A stretch of DNA of 62,617 nucleotides, filler included, from Reclinomonas americana ATCC 50394 (Eukaryota), in the NCBI GenBank assembly GCA_048213135.1. It is 5 parts of 2 records of this genome, joined end to end, with 100 filler letters (N's around TTAATTAATTAA, not from the genome) between each part and the next. Parts side by side here need not be neighbours in the genome. Positions count along the whole stretch, not along the records: positions 12,632 to 43,915 come from PS015083.1; positions 44,016 to 52,741 come from PS015084.1; positions 52,842 to 62,617 come from PS015084.1; 2 more parts are not named here. The stretch is one strand, 5' to 3'. Position numbers and translations under genes: made by a program. This document shows, in pieces, positions 37,701-58,389 of this stretch (positions are counted from its first letter, which is position 1; each line of letters opens with the position of its first letter). The notes beneath the pieces are model-generated. The model saw only the letters and a list, made by a program, of their open reading frames with translations. It was not told the origin of the DNA and did not search any database.

Positions 37701-39611
37701 AGCCGTACTGGCCACAGTTGTAGTTGTAGCACGGACCAGGAGGCACAGTGCAGTTGTCACCAGTGTAGCCACCAGTGCAGATGCTGTGGTCAGAGATGGG
37801 TGAGGAACAGGCACTCTCATTCCGCTCTCACAGACTTGGCACTCACCACTTGGCCTGGTTGTTCACAACCTGGCATGAACCGTACTGGCCGCAGTTGTAG
37901 TTGTAGCACGGACCAGGAGGCACAGTGCAGTTGTCGCCAGTGTAACCGCCAGTGCAGATGCTGCGATCATAGGAGAGTGAGAAACAAATCTGCTATTTCG
38001 AGCTTTCACATTGCACACATACCACTTGGCCTGGTTGTTCACAACCTGGCATGAACCGTACTGGCCGCAGTTGTAGTTGTAGCACGGGCCAGGCGGTGTG
38101 GTGCACTTGTCACCAGTGTAGCCGNNNNNNNNNNNNNNNNNNNNNNNNNNNNNNNNNNNNNNNNNNNNNNNNNNNNNNNNNNNNNNNNNNNNNNNNNNNN
38201 NNNNNNNNNNNNNNNNNNNNNNNNNNNNNNNNNNNNNNNNNNNNNNNNNNNNNNNNNNNNNNNNNNNNNNNNNNNNNNNNNNNNNNNNNNNNNNNNNNNN
38301 NNNNNNNNNNNNNNNNNNNNNNNNNNNNNNNNNNNNNNNNNNNNNNNNNNNNNNNNNNNNNNNNNNNNNNNNNNNNNNNNNNNNNNNNNNNNNNNNNNNN
38401 NNNNNNNNNNNNNNNNNNNNNNNNNNNNNNNNNNNNNNNNNNNNNNNNNNNNNNNNNNNNNNNNNNNNNNNNNNNNNNNNNNNNNNNNNNNNNNNNNNNN
38501 NNNNNNNNNNNNNNNNNNNNNNNNNNNNNNNNNNNNNNNNNNNNNNNTCCGTACTGGCCACAGTTGTAGTTAAAGCACGGACCCGGCGGCACGGTACACC
38601 TATCACCAGTGTAGCCGCCAGTGCAGATGCTGCACTCAGGAGAGGGTGAGAAACAGCAACTACTCGTGGAGCACTCACAGTCAGCACTAACCACTTGGCC
38701 TGATTGTTGACAACCTGGCACGAGCCGTACTGGCCACAGTCACAGCTGTTGCAAGGATTCGGCGGCACAGTGCAGTAGTCGCCAGAGTAGCCTCCGTTGC
38801 AAACGCTGCGATGAACGACGTCAGTGAGCGAAAGTGTGCGACTGCAACAGCGGTTTGTGTATAGTCTTACCACTTGGGCTGGTTGTATGAGTCCAGAGTG
38901 CACGTTCCGTAGGCACCGCAGTTGATGTTGCACTGATTCGGCGGCACATGGCACCAGGTCCCAGAGTAGCCATTGGAGCACGCACTGTGTCCGACAAACT
39001 CAAATCAGCATGCAGATATGGGGGCAAAAATCAAGCAATAAGAAACATGGACGCACCACTTGCCGACGCCGTTGTCAATGACACAGCTTCCATTACGTCC
39101 GCACACGACAAAGGCACACGGGGGGAAGGGCGGCAGCGCTGTTGAATCGTTGATGATGAGTCACAAGAGGGCGAACGGCAATGTTCAATCCAGGGACGCA
39201 ACAGTTGATCAGCGGCGGGAGGTCAGTCAAACCGAATCCAGGATCGTGGTGAACAATGTCGTCGCATGCTGCATGGCAGAGAGACCAATAAGAAATGAGC
39301 ACCATGATAGAACAGCGAGCGCCTGGGTATATGGAAAAACTCACGAATTTCGCACTTGGGTCCCGAGTACCCGTCTGTGCACACACTGCGAAGGCAAATG
39401 TAGTCAGACTCGATCCGGAAAAGTAACTACATAAGAGATAGAAAGCAATTAGCGTACCACTTTGGCTGATTGTTTTCAATCACGCATGAACCATAGTGAC
39501 CGCAGTCGTAGCCATTGCATGAGTTAGGCGGGTTCTGGCAGTTGGTGCCAGTGTAGCCATTCGTGCAGGTGCTGTACAGAGGAACGTGGTGAGACACGGC
39601 TGGCAGAAGAG

Positions 39612-39689
<78 letters not shown>

Positions 39690-42600
39690 GACGTACGTAC
39701 GGTACGGTTACGGTACGGTTACGGTACGGTACGGNNNNNNNNNNNNNNNNNNNNNNNNNNNNNNNNNNNNNNNNNNNNNNNNNNNNNNNNNNNNNNNNNN
39801 NNNNNNNNNNNNNNNNNNNNNNNNNNNNNNNNNNNNNNNNNNNNNNNNNNNNNNNNNNNNNNNNNNNNNNNNNNNNNNNNNNNNNNNNNNNNNNNNNNNN
39901 NNNNNNNNNNNNNNNNNNNNNNNNNNNNNNNNNNNNNNNNNNNNNNNNNNNNNNNNNNNNNNNNNNNNNNNNNNNNNNNNNNNNNNNNNNNNNNNNNNNN
40001 NNNNNNNNNNNNNNNNNNNNNNNNNNNNNNNNNNNNNNNNNNNNNNNNNNNNNNNNNNNNNNNNNNNNNNNNNNNNNNNNNNNNNNNNNNNNNNNNNNNN
40101 NNNNNNNNNNNNNNNNNNNNNNNNNNNNNNNNNNNNNNNNNNNNNNNNNNNNNNNNNNNNNNNNNNNNNNNNNNNNNNNNNNNNNNNNNNNNNNNNNNNN
40201 NNNNNNNNNNNNNNNNNNNNNNNNNNNNNNNNNNNNNNNNNNNNNNNNNNNNNNNNNNNNNNNNNNNNNNNNNNNNNNNNNNNNNNNNNNNNNNNNNNNN
40301 NNNNNNNNNNNNNNNNNNNNNNNNNNNNNNNNNNNNNNNNNNNNNNNNNNNNNNNNNNNNNNNNNNNNNNNNNNNNNNNNNNNNNNNNNNNNNNNNNNNN
40401 NNNNNNNNNNNNNNNNNNNNNNNNNNNNNNNNNNNNNNNNNNNNNNNNNNNNNNNNNNNNNNNNNNNNNNNNNNNNNNNNNNNNNNNNNNNNNNNNNNNN
40501 NNNNNNNNNNNNNNNNNNNNNNNNNNNNNNNNNNNNNNNNNNNNNNNNNNNNNNNNNNNNNNNNNNNNNNNNNNNNNNNNNNNNNNNNNNNNNNNNNNNN
40601 NNNNNNNNNNNNNNAGTCTGGCAGTAGGTGCCAGTGTAACCGTTGGTGCAGGTGCTGCATGCACACACGCAGATGAGACTCGGCTGCGTGTCGAACGAGG
40701 TCAACAGCAAATGGGTACAGACCACTTGGCCTGGTTGTTCGAGTCGACGCTGCAGGTGCCGTACTTGCCGCAGTCACAGTTATTGCACGGGTTCGGCGGT
40801 GTCTGGCAATTGGTGCCGGTGTAGCCATTGGTGCAGGTGCTGCGTACACGTGTGATGAAACGTGGCTGGATATTGGACGAGTTCGAGAAAAGATAAAGCT
40901 CACCACTTGGGCTGGTTGTACGAATCGAGAGCGCAAGTTCCGTTGCTGCCGCAGTTGTAGTTCTGGCAGGGATTCGGCGGCGGAGGAGGGTTCTGGCAGT
41001 TGGTGCCAGTGTATCCACCAGAACACACACTGGACGGCGAGAAATCAGGTCACCGCCGATCGCACTTGGAATCTCAATAGCACTCACCACTTGGGCAAGT
41101 TGTTTTCGACCACGCATGCACCGTAGGCACCGCAGCTGTAGTTCTGGCATGGACCAGTCGGCGGGGTGAGACAGTTGGGACCAGTGTATCCGTTGCGGCA
41201 AGAGCTGAACAAAGCAGTGAGAATGCGACCTTGATCATAGCAGACAGCACCGTCGAGCTTCAAACCACTTCGGCAGGTTGTTCTCAACCACACACGAGCC
41301 GTTGTCGCCGCACAGGTATCCCTTGCACACGTCAGTGGGGGGCGGTGGCTGTGGCGGATTCTGGCAGTTCGTACCGGTGTATCCGTTGTTGCACACGCTG
41401 TAGCACCAACTCGTTAGGCGACGGCGAGTCACAACCGCTAGCCAGAGAGATGAAGTACTCACCACTTGGGTTGATTGTTATCTACAACACACGAGCCGTA
41501 CGAGCCGCAGCTGTAGTTCTGGCAGGGGTTGCCAGCCGGCGGCGTGAGGCAGTTGGGACCAGTGTAGCCGTTGCGGCATGAGCTGAGAGCAGATTTTGAG
41601 CACAAAAAAAAAAACAAGCTCTCCATCATACATGTGTGATTGGACATACCACTTCGGCAGGTTGTTCTCCACAACGCAGGATCCATTGTCGCCACACAGG
41701 TATCCCTTGCACACCTCAGTGGGTGGCGGCAGTGGTGGCGGCGTCTGGCAGTAATCGCCAGTGTATCCGTCGGTGCACACGCTGCGTCACACACTTCCGT
41801 GAGAAAACAACGTGACAGCAAGCGAGAGATATCAATCGCAAAACATACCATTTGGCTTGGTTGCTGTCAATTACGCACTTGCCGTAGGCGCCGCAGCTCA
41901 CATTCTGGCACAGATTGGTCGACGGCGGTGTCAGGCAGTTGGGACCCGTGTAGCCGCCGGTGCATGAACTGCAGGCAGGCGACTACATATCAGAATCAAG
42001 GCGACAAATGAGAAAATAGGGAAGCAGCAAGTCGTACCAGCGCGGCAGGCCATTGTCGACAACGCAGGTGCCGTTGCCGCACAGGTAGTTGGTGCAAGGG
42101 CTGGGGCTGCCCGGAGGAGTCAAGCAGTTCGGTCCAGTGTAGCCGTTGGTGCATGAGCTGTGGCATGACGGGGTTGAGTGTCAACCACACAGCATCTCCA
42201 AGCTGGGTTGCAGGCAACGAGCTCACCACTTGGGCAGGTTGTTCTCCAGCACGCACGATCCGTTCGCACCGCAAGAGTAGTTGTCGCACGGGTTCTGCGG
42301 TGGCGGCGGTGGCGGTGGCGGTGTCTGGCAATTGGTGCCAGTGTATCCATTGCGACATGAGCTGTGAAGAAGCAGGGTGAGGGAGAAGGAGAGAGAATGA
42401 GAGAAGAGGAGAGACTCACCAGTTGGCATTGCTGTAGCCAATGTTGAGGCAGGTTCCCTGGTTGTTGCAGTCGGCGTCGCAAGTGCACACCGGGTAGTTC
42501 GTGGCATCCACAAACTCGGCGTCGGCATCATTGAGCGACAGGTCTACCGTGCACAACACCAAAGCAGGTAAGCATTAGACAAAAACGGGAGAGGATGATG

Positions 42601-42744
42601 AATGGATACAGACAGAATGTTTTTCATGTGAGATGTGAGAGAGGAGCAACAGACAAGAAAAAACACACACTCACCCTGGGCACTGACAGTGACGACCAGT
42701 GCCAGCAGCATCAAGGCTGCAAGCAGTAGAGCAGTCACTCGCAT
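34719..42744 (-). CDS. Secreted multi-EGF-repeat protein (more than 30 EGF modules, no TM segment)
   Basis: Signal peptide MRVTALLLAALMLLALVVTVSAQ at 42744-42675. Repeated 114-135 nt exons encode C-x4-C-x5-C-x8-C-x-C-x8-C, e.g. PCYNYNCGQYGSCQVVNNQAKCICTGGYTGDNC. The last exon ends CPPWGCSDDNYVASDELNEESSEQ* at 34719. Confidence 0.9.
35851..36071 (+). other. EGF exon fragments in opposite orientation between two N-gaps (probably a mis-oriented contig)
   Basis: The + strand reads YGSCQVVNNQAK TG|gt..ag|C ICTNGYTGDKCTVPPNPCDTCDCGKYGSCQVVNNQAK, while all flanking EGF exons are on the - strand. Confidence 0.85.
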
Positions 42745-43283
42745 CTCTCGCGCGTGTGGTGGTCACAGTGAGAGAGAGAAGAGAGGAGAGAGCGAGAGAG
42801 AGTTTGAGGAGTGGAAAGGGCGCAGTAAAACGACACTCACGCGGTTCAGACGACACGCGGGTGTGAGTAGAGCGAGAAAGAGAGGGGAGTCGGATGCTTT
42901 GCAGCGACGAGAGGGACGGTGTGCGCTCTCAAACACCACAAAAAAATGACTGTGAACGAGAATCGCAGATATGACCGTTGAATAACGGCTAGCTGCCTTG
43001 CGCGCTTTTTTTTTCGCGCTTGCTCGCTCGCGATCACTTCCCCCCCCCCCCCCCAACGGCGCGTGCCCTTCGCGCGCGCGCGCATGGAAAGGTGGGGAAT
43101 TTTGGCTATCAAGTACAACCACGAGAGTGCTGAGCGGTGGCGAACAGTGCGCTGTCAAAGATGAGTGCGCGGCCGCGGACGAAACGGGTCATATCAGTCG
43201 CATGAGGCCCTGGCTGGAGGTCCAGCCAGCAAAGAGTGCAAGCAGTACATAATAGACCCTTGACCTTGACACTACAGTCTGTT

Positions 43284-43915
<632 letters not shown>

Positions 43916-44719
43916 NNNNNNNNNNNNNNNNNNNNNNNNNNNNNNNNNNNNNNNNNNNNTTAATTAATTAANNNNNNNNNNNNNNNNNNNNNNNNNNNNN
44001 NNNNNNNNNNNNNNNAGGAGGAGGAGGAGGAGGAGGGAAACAATGGACTCTCCATCACCCTGCATCAGAACACGTGGAGAGCAGATGAGAAGCTCAACAA
44101 AGGCAAAGAGTGATCGCACAGCTGCGGCCGCATGAAGCACACACAAGAGAACACAGCAACGAAATTGCAACTGCACTCCCACACCACCATCATTGGCGCG
44201 CAGCATCACAACATGCAAGCAATTGTGATGCTCAACATAGTCACATAAAGACAGACTGAGAGGGAGGGCGCACGACTGCGGCCACATGAAGAGAACCGAG
44301 TACATAGTAACACAACTGAGAGAGGAGAAGGACGGAGGAAGGAGTGTGCTTTCCATCATATCGTCCATCAACATCACACGAAGAAGGCAGACGTGAAGCT
44401 CAACACAGTCAAACGCACGCACACACACACACACACATGCACACACACACGCAGAGAGAGAGAGAGAGAGAGACAGACAGAGAGTACGAAGAGCTGTAGT
44501 CGCAAAGAGTTCAGCATCACGTGTGCAACAAGCACAAGGAAGAGAAGTGGAAAAATAAGACAACAGCGAGTGCTGCGAGCGGATGGGAGGAGGAAGGGTG
44601 GGCGAGATTAAGCGGACGCCCCCATTCCCCCCACCCCCAACCTATCCCTCCTCTCTTCCCTCTCCTTCTCCCTCTCCTTCTCCCTCCCTCCCTCCCTCCN
44701 NNNNNNNNNNNNNNNNNNN

Positions 44720-52492
<7,773 letters not shown>

Positions 52493-52571
52493 CTGCACAA
52501 AGGAGAGAAGAGAGTGAGAGACAAGAGTGAGAGGGAGAGAAGAGTGTGTGTTGTGTGTGCGTGGAGAGAGA

Positions 52572-52645
<74 letters not shown>

Positions 52646-52941
52646 TAGTAGTTAGTTACGTTACGTTCGTTCGTTCGTTCGTTCGTTCGTTCGTTCGTCC
52701 GTACGGTTACGGTACGTACGTACGTACGTACGTACGTACGTNNNNNNNNNNNNNNNNNNNNNNNNNNNNNNNNNNNNNNNNNNNNTTAATTAATTAANNN
52801 NNNNNNNNNNNNNNNNNNNNNNNNNNNNNNNNNNNNNNNNNCCGAACGGCGGGACGTGTACGGTTACGAGCAGGGTGATTCTACTCTCCCACCACGCCTC
52901 CACTCCTTCGTCCCTCCTCGCATCACCTCGTGAGCATGTGT

Positions 52942-52993
<52 letters not shown>

Positions 52994-53327
52994 CGCACAC
53001 ACACTCACCGTCACATATCTCGCTCACGCATGCCCTCACTTGCCCACTTTCTGCCTGTCTCCCTCTTCTCCTCCCCCCTTCCCCCTCCCCTCCCTTCCCT
53101 CCCCCCTTCTCCGTCAATTTCCCCTTCCACACCTATTGCCTCCTTCCTCGCCGCCCACTCCGCCTCACCCTCCACCTGCCGCCTCTCACTCTGCTCCAAG
53201 CTCGTCGCCGACGACCCCCGTCGCAACGCCGCATACGGTCCCACAAACGACTGCATCTCTCTATCTCCCTTGCTCACACAACACCACAAAAGTAACGGTC
53301 ACTCAGTTAAGTCTCACTTTTCGTTCG

Positions 53328-54404
53328 ATGCATTCTGCGATCCGCCAGCACCTCGCCGACGTGGCCTGCTCCCTGGCAGTGACACCCAACGGGCGTTACA
53401 CACTCACTGGCAGCGCAGACAAGTGCGTGCGCGTGTGGTGCACGCGCAGTGGCCAGCTCGTCCACCAACTCCGCGGTCACTCCGACACAGTGCATGCACT
53501 GGCGGTCTCGCGCACTGGACGCCATCTCGTCTCAGGCAGTGGGCTCACCGACTGCTCTGTGCGTGTGTGGTCACTGAAGTCGTTCACGCAGGTGCATGAG
53601 GCCATGCAGAAGCACACCAATGCGGTGGTGGTGGTCGATGTGTCGCCCGACTGTGAGTTTGCTGTCAGTGGAGGCTACGATGGGACGGTGTGTGTGTGGA
53701 GCATGGCCTCGGGGCAGCTGCTGCATTGTGTGACTGGTCCGTGGGATGCTGTGCGAGCGGCGGCGGTCAGTGCCGACAGTCGGTGTGTGCTGATTGGGGG
53801 CTTTGATTGCGTGGTGCATGTGTGGTCGATGGCCACGCAGCAAGTGGTCAAGCAGTGTCGCGCGCATCGTGACTGGGTGTCGGCACTGGCGGTGATGGAG
53901 AGGCAGCGTGCGGTGATCTCCACGAGCATCAGGGGCGAGCTGTTGGTGTGGTTCATGGATGGTGACGAGAAGGAGGAAGGGGACGCTGTGCGTACAGTGA
54001 GCACTCACAGTGATGAGCCTGTGTGGTCGCTGGCCCTGTCACCCGACGAGCGACACGTGGTGACGGGCGCGCGCGATGGCATCGTTTACGTGTGGAGCAC
54101 TGCGGCGAGTGATGGCTCCACAGTGCCAGTGGCGGCGCTGCGTGGACACGATGGGCCAGTGTATGATGTGACGTTCTCGGCTGACGGCTTGCACGTGCTG
54201 AGTATTGGTGAGGATAAAACGGTGCGAGAGTGGTCGACTCCACGTGGACTGGCGACGCGGGAGGTGGCCGATGCTGTGGTGGCGTGGGAGTCCGTCCGTG
54301 CAGAGGCGGGAGGGGAGGAGGAGCGGTGTCTGGTGGAGATGGTTCTGCGGTGTTTCATCGTGGAGGACGCGAGGGTAGTGGAGTGGAGGGCTGAGGGGTG
54401 GTGA
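53328..54404 (+). CDS. Intronless 7-blade WD40 protein with a conserved C-terminal tail (paralog of 23154-24960)
   Basis: MHSAIRQHLADVACSLAVTPNGRYTLTGSADKCVRVW..GHSDTVHALAVS..GHDGPVYDVTFSADGLHVLSIGEDKTVREWSTPRGLATREVADA..RCLVEMVLRCFIVEDARVVEW*. Confidence 0.9.
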   Translation: MHSAIRQHLADVACSLAVTPNGRYTLTGSADKCVRVWCTRSGQLVHQLRGHSDTVHALAVSRTGRHLVSGSGLTDCSVRVWSLKSFTQVHEAMQKHTNAVVVVDVSPDCEFAVSGGYDGTVCVWSMASGQLLHCVTGPWDAVRAAAVSADSRCVLIGGFDCVVHVWSMATQQVVKQCRAHRDWVSALAVMERQRAVISTSIRGELLVWFMDGDEKEEGDAVRTVSTHSDEPVWSLALSPDERHVVTGARDGIVYVWSTAASDGSTVPVAALRGHDGPVYDVTFSADGLHVLSIGEDKTVREWSTPRGLATREVADAVVAWESVRAEAGGEEERCLVEMVLRCFIVEDARVVEWRAEGW

Positions 54405-55159
54405 GAAGGGGGGGCGGATGGGGGACGGCGGAAGATAATGAGATGCACGTCTTTCTCTCTCACACTGAGAACGTGAGTTTGTTTGTGCATCGTTGCTGCC
54501 TCTCGCTGTTTGCTTGTGTGAGGTGTTCTCCAGTTTTCGCACTTTGCTTGTCAATGAGTTGCATCTGCTCGGTGACTTGCGCCTGTGACCGATCAGCGCG
54601 TCCTTCTTCCAAGAAGCATTCTCTCTCACAGGTTGGGTGATCGTGTGTCGATTTCTGGCTCTCTCACTTTGTCTGGCAGTGTGTTGTTCATCATTTGGCA
54701 CCTGAAACGCATTCTCTCTCTCTCTCTCTCTGTCACACACACTGGTTTCCTCAGCTGTCGTACTTTGCGTGTTGCCTCTGTCGATATCTTCGTGTTATAG
54801 CTCTGTGTGACATTCTGTGTCCGCGTGTGTGCCTCTTCGACACTTGAGAGTTAATGAACGGACAGTTCCTTGTGCTTCCTCTCCTTCGTCCGTATTTCAT
54901 CCTCCAGTGATTTTACCTTGCTACTTATTTTCATCAGCTATTCTGTTTTACACACTCTGCACTACAACAACTACTGCGACTAGCTCCGTAAAGGCGGCAG
55001 CGGCGAGGCTCTCGAAGGATCTGCGCCTCCTGCTTGCATGGTCGCGGCAGCTGCTGGTCCCATGTCGGGTCGGATAATGTTGGTGGGCGGTAATGTGGCG
55101 TGACTGGCACTGTTCACGGCCGCCAGCAGCATTTCCCTTCGTTCTCGTGCCCCTCTGCG

Positions 55160-58100
55160 GTCAACAGCTGTCAGAACAAGAATGCCCACTCGACCTCCTC
55201 CCTCTCCCTATTACGCACCTTGCACTGACGCTCTCCCAGTTCGCCGCCATCTCCAGCGAGTCGGCCTCGCTGCTCATCTCCGAACCGCGCGGCGAGTTTG
55301 GCTCGTCGGAATTCGGCACCAGTCGTCGGTCCATCAGGTAACTGCTGCCGGGTTCGCTGGCAATGAGACGGTGCATGTCGAACTGTGGAACAGTCTCCAG
55401 CCACGAGGAGATGGCACGATTGCGCGCCCGTGTGTTCAGTGGCGTGGGGTGCGCGGCCGTCAGTTGCTCGGCAGTCAGCGGTCCCGGCTGTGGCAGCGAC
55501 AGTGGTGGCGGTGGTGGGTACGTCAGTGAGTGCTGGTGCGCCGGCGGCAAATGCCCCCCTCCCACTTGTGGTGGCGGACTGCCGCGGCCGGCGCGAGTGG
55601 GCGAGCCGGGAATGAGTGGTGCAGCAGAGGGCCGCCGCCGAGCGCCGGCTAATGAGGTCGACTTGTCGGCGACTTGCACGGGCACCAGCGAGACGCGACG
55701 CTTGGGCGAGGTGGCGCGTGGTAATGATATGGGATTGTCCTCGCCGCCGGCCAGTGGCTGCGGCGTGTTGCGCGGTGGGTAGTAAAACGGCGACTGCTGC
55801 TGTGGTGGTTGCTGGGCGGCAAAGAGGGCGGATTGCTGCTGCTGCGGTGGGTTGGCTGCTCCGGAAGACTGGTGCCTTGGCTGCTGTTGCTGTTGCTGTT
55901 GTTTGTGTTGTTGCTGCTGCTGGTACTGTTGGTAATTGTTCGACGCCGCTGCAGGTGGTAGTGAGGGCGACTGTTGTTGCGGTAATGGCCGTATGTTTGA
56001 TTGATTGGCCTTTTGCGGCAGCGACGCTGGTACTGGTGGCGGTGAGGGTGAAGGTGATGGTAACGGCGACGGCGAGTGCGACATGGAGAGCGACTGCTGG
56101 TGGTGGTGGTGGTGCGCCGCGGTGGTGGCCATCGTGGCGGGTGGGGCGGTGCGGGCGAGTGGTTCTGGCGTGGAGCGGTTCTGTGACAGAGGGGGAGGTG
56201 AGGGAAGGGAGGCGAGGAAAGGGGGAAGAGAGGGGGAAGAGAGGGGGAAGGGAGGGGGAGGGTAGGAGAAGAGCGAAGGGGAGGAAAGGGAAGAAAAGGA
56301 GAGTAGGGGAGTGAGAAAGGGAGGGTGCAATGAGAAAAGGGAGAGAGCAGATGCAAGAGAAGGAAGTGGGAGAACAGAGGAAAAGGCGAGGAGAGCGGAG
56401 AAAAGCAGGTGAGGATCCGAAAACGGGAGGGGAGAAGTGGGAGAAGCGACGAAATAGAGGATAGCGAGGGGAGGAGAAGACATGTACAAACAAAAAAGAA
56501 AATACGAGAAGAGAGGAACGAGTCGAATCCTTGTTTGTGAGAGACAGTGAATGTGAGAATGGTTGAGGGGGATATGCGAAGGAGATCTGCAGATCTGCGG
56601 TATGCAAAACCAGCATCGAGTTGCCATTCTTTCTCTCTCCACCTATCTGCAACGACCCACAATCTGTTGCAGCTTGCAGTATCTTGACTCCTCCTATTCT
56701 CCTCTTACGCAGAGGCACTTTTCATAAGCCATGATTCGTGCTCTCTCTCACTCTCCTTCTCTCTTTCTTTCTGCCCTTACAGTGGAACATGCGCCGAGCT
56801 ACGCTTCTTTCTCTCTTCCGCTGTTCTTTCGCCTTCTCTCTTTCTTTTTCTCTGAATCCTTCTCGCATGATTTCATGCACACGTCACACCCGCCACAACA
56901 TCCCTGTCAACTTCTGCTTCCTTCTCTCTCTCTGTCCACTCGCACCCCTTTCTCTTCCTCAATCTCTCGCAGAGTGCAGACGACACACACACTCTCCTTT
57001 CTTCTTCTCATTCCTGCGTTCTTTCATTCTGTCTCTCTTTCATGCTGTATCTCCATTCTCTCTCTCTCTCTTCTCTCTCCATCTCTCTCTCTCTCAACAT
57101 TACAGCTCTTCTCTCTCTCTCTCTCTCGCAGTCACGCAAAGACGCACACATGCAACAGGATCCCAGTCCTCGTCTCTTTCGCCATCTTTCTCTTCTCCCT
57201 TCCATCTCTCTTTTCTCTCTATCTGTTCGCCTCACAGCTCTTTCCCGTCTTCTCCACCTCTCGCAGATTTCACACGCGCACGCAATGCTCCTCTTCACGT
57301 CGACCTGCTATCCCTCTTCTCTCTCTGTCTCTTGGTAACATCACACGCACACACAGACACCACCCTCTCCTTTTCCCCTTCTCCTTCTCCTCTCCTTCTC
57401 CCTTTCTCCCCCAGTCTCCCCATTCCGAACTTACCGGAGCGGGCAAACTGGATGCCACCGCCACCACCTCCTTCGCCGCGCCCTTCTCCTTGTCCGTCGC
57501 GTGTCTCCACTGAATCAGCGGCGGCGGGGAGCTGTCCCGCATCAGCGTCGGCACCGACGGTCGCTGCCGCACGCCACTACTCGAACCCGGCTGCTGCTGC
57601 TGCTGCTGTTTCTGCTGCTGCTGTTGCTGCAAGTACTGCGGCACCGGCGCCGTCTTCTTCGTGTGCGGATAGTGATGCTGTCGCGCGGCCTCCACCAGCG
57701 CCGACAACAACGCATCCTTGCGCTGCTTCATCAACATCTCAATGCCGGCCGTGGCACTGCCCACACCACGACGCGAGGCCGACGAGACCGCAGGCGGCGA
57801 CGACGATCGCGCTCTGTACGCCACATGCGGCTCCACGCCCAGCCCGTTCGCGATCTTTCCCCTTGCACCGCGCGAGGGAGGCATCGGCCGCGGTCCCTCA
57901 TCACTCGAGTCCTCCACTCCCACATGCTGCTGCTGCTGCTGTGAACCTGCGCGTGGCTGTTTGATCGGAGAGGGTGTTCGCATCGGTTTCATCACACCGC
58001 CTCCGCTGCCCGTGAACACTGGTCGCTCAGGGAACAGGTCCGTATGCGCATGCTGTGCCTGATAGAACTGTTGCTGTTGCTGTTGTTGAGTGGCATCCTC

Positions 58101-58389
58101 ACGCGGATGGTGCGTCAGACGATGATAGACGACCAGAGGCGCGCCTCCTCCATTGTTGCTCGGAGACACACTGCGCGAGCGGGCAGCAGCGGCCGCAGTG
58201 GCAGTGGAGCCGCCACTGGCACGCAGCTGCGCAATGTCACTGAGACGAGAGGCGCCTGTGTGTGTGAGGGAGAGAGAGAGAGTGAGTGACGCACAAGGCA
58301 CGCGTCTCACTCTGTCGTCCAACTCCTTACCACGATGGGCGGCCACTGCCGGCACGCTGTCGGTCGCGCGCGAAGAGGCCGACAGCATG
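55160..58389 (-). CDS. Hypothetical low-complexity Gln/Pro/Ser-rich (disordered) protein
   Basis: GC-rich open exons at about 58389-58311, 58255-57435 (donor gtaagt) and 56180-55225 (acceptor ctgtcacag), with poly-Q and poly-H tracts. The start and the 3' end are uncertain. Confidence 0.6.

Noticed and set aside
39688-39734. acgtacgtacggtacggttacgg-type repeats (also about 52642-52741)
   Set aside because: They occur only at contig ends after long (GA)n runs and resemble TACG flow-order pyrosequencing noise, not a telomere or satellite.
52875-53327. Pro-rich N-terminal extension of the 509-aa WD40 ORF
   Set aside because: It starts at a non-ATG codon in microsatellite and CT-rich sequence. 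The ATG at 53328 directly precedes the first WD blade.
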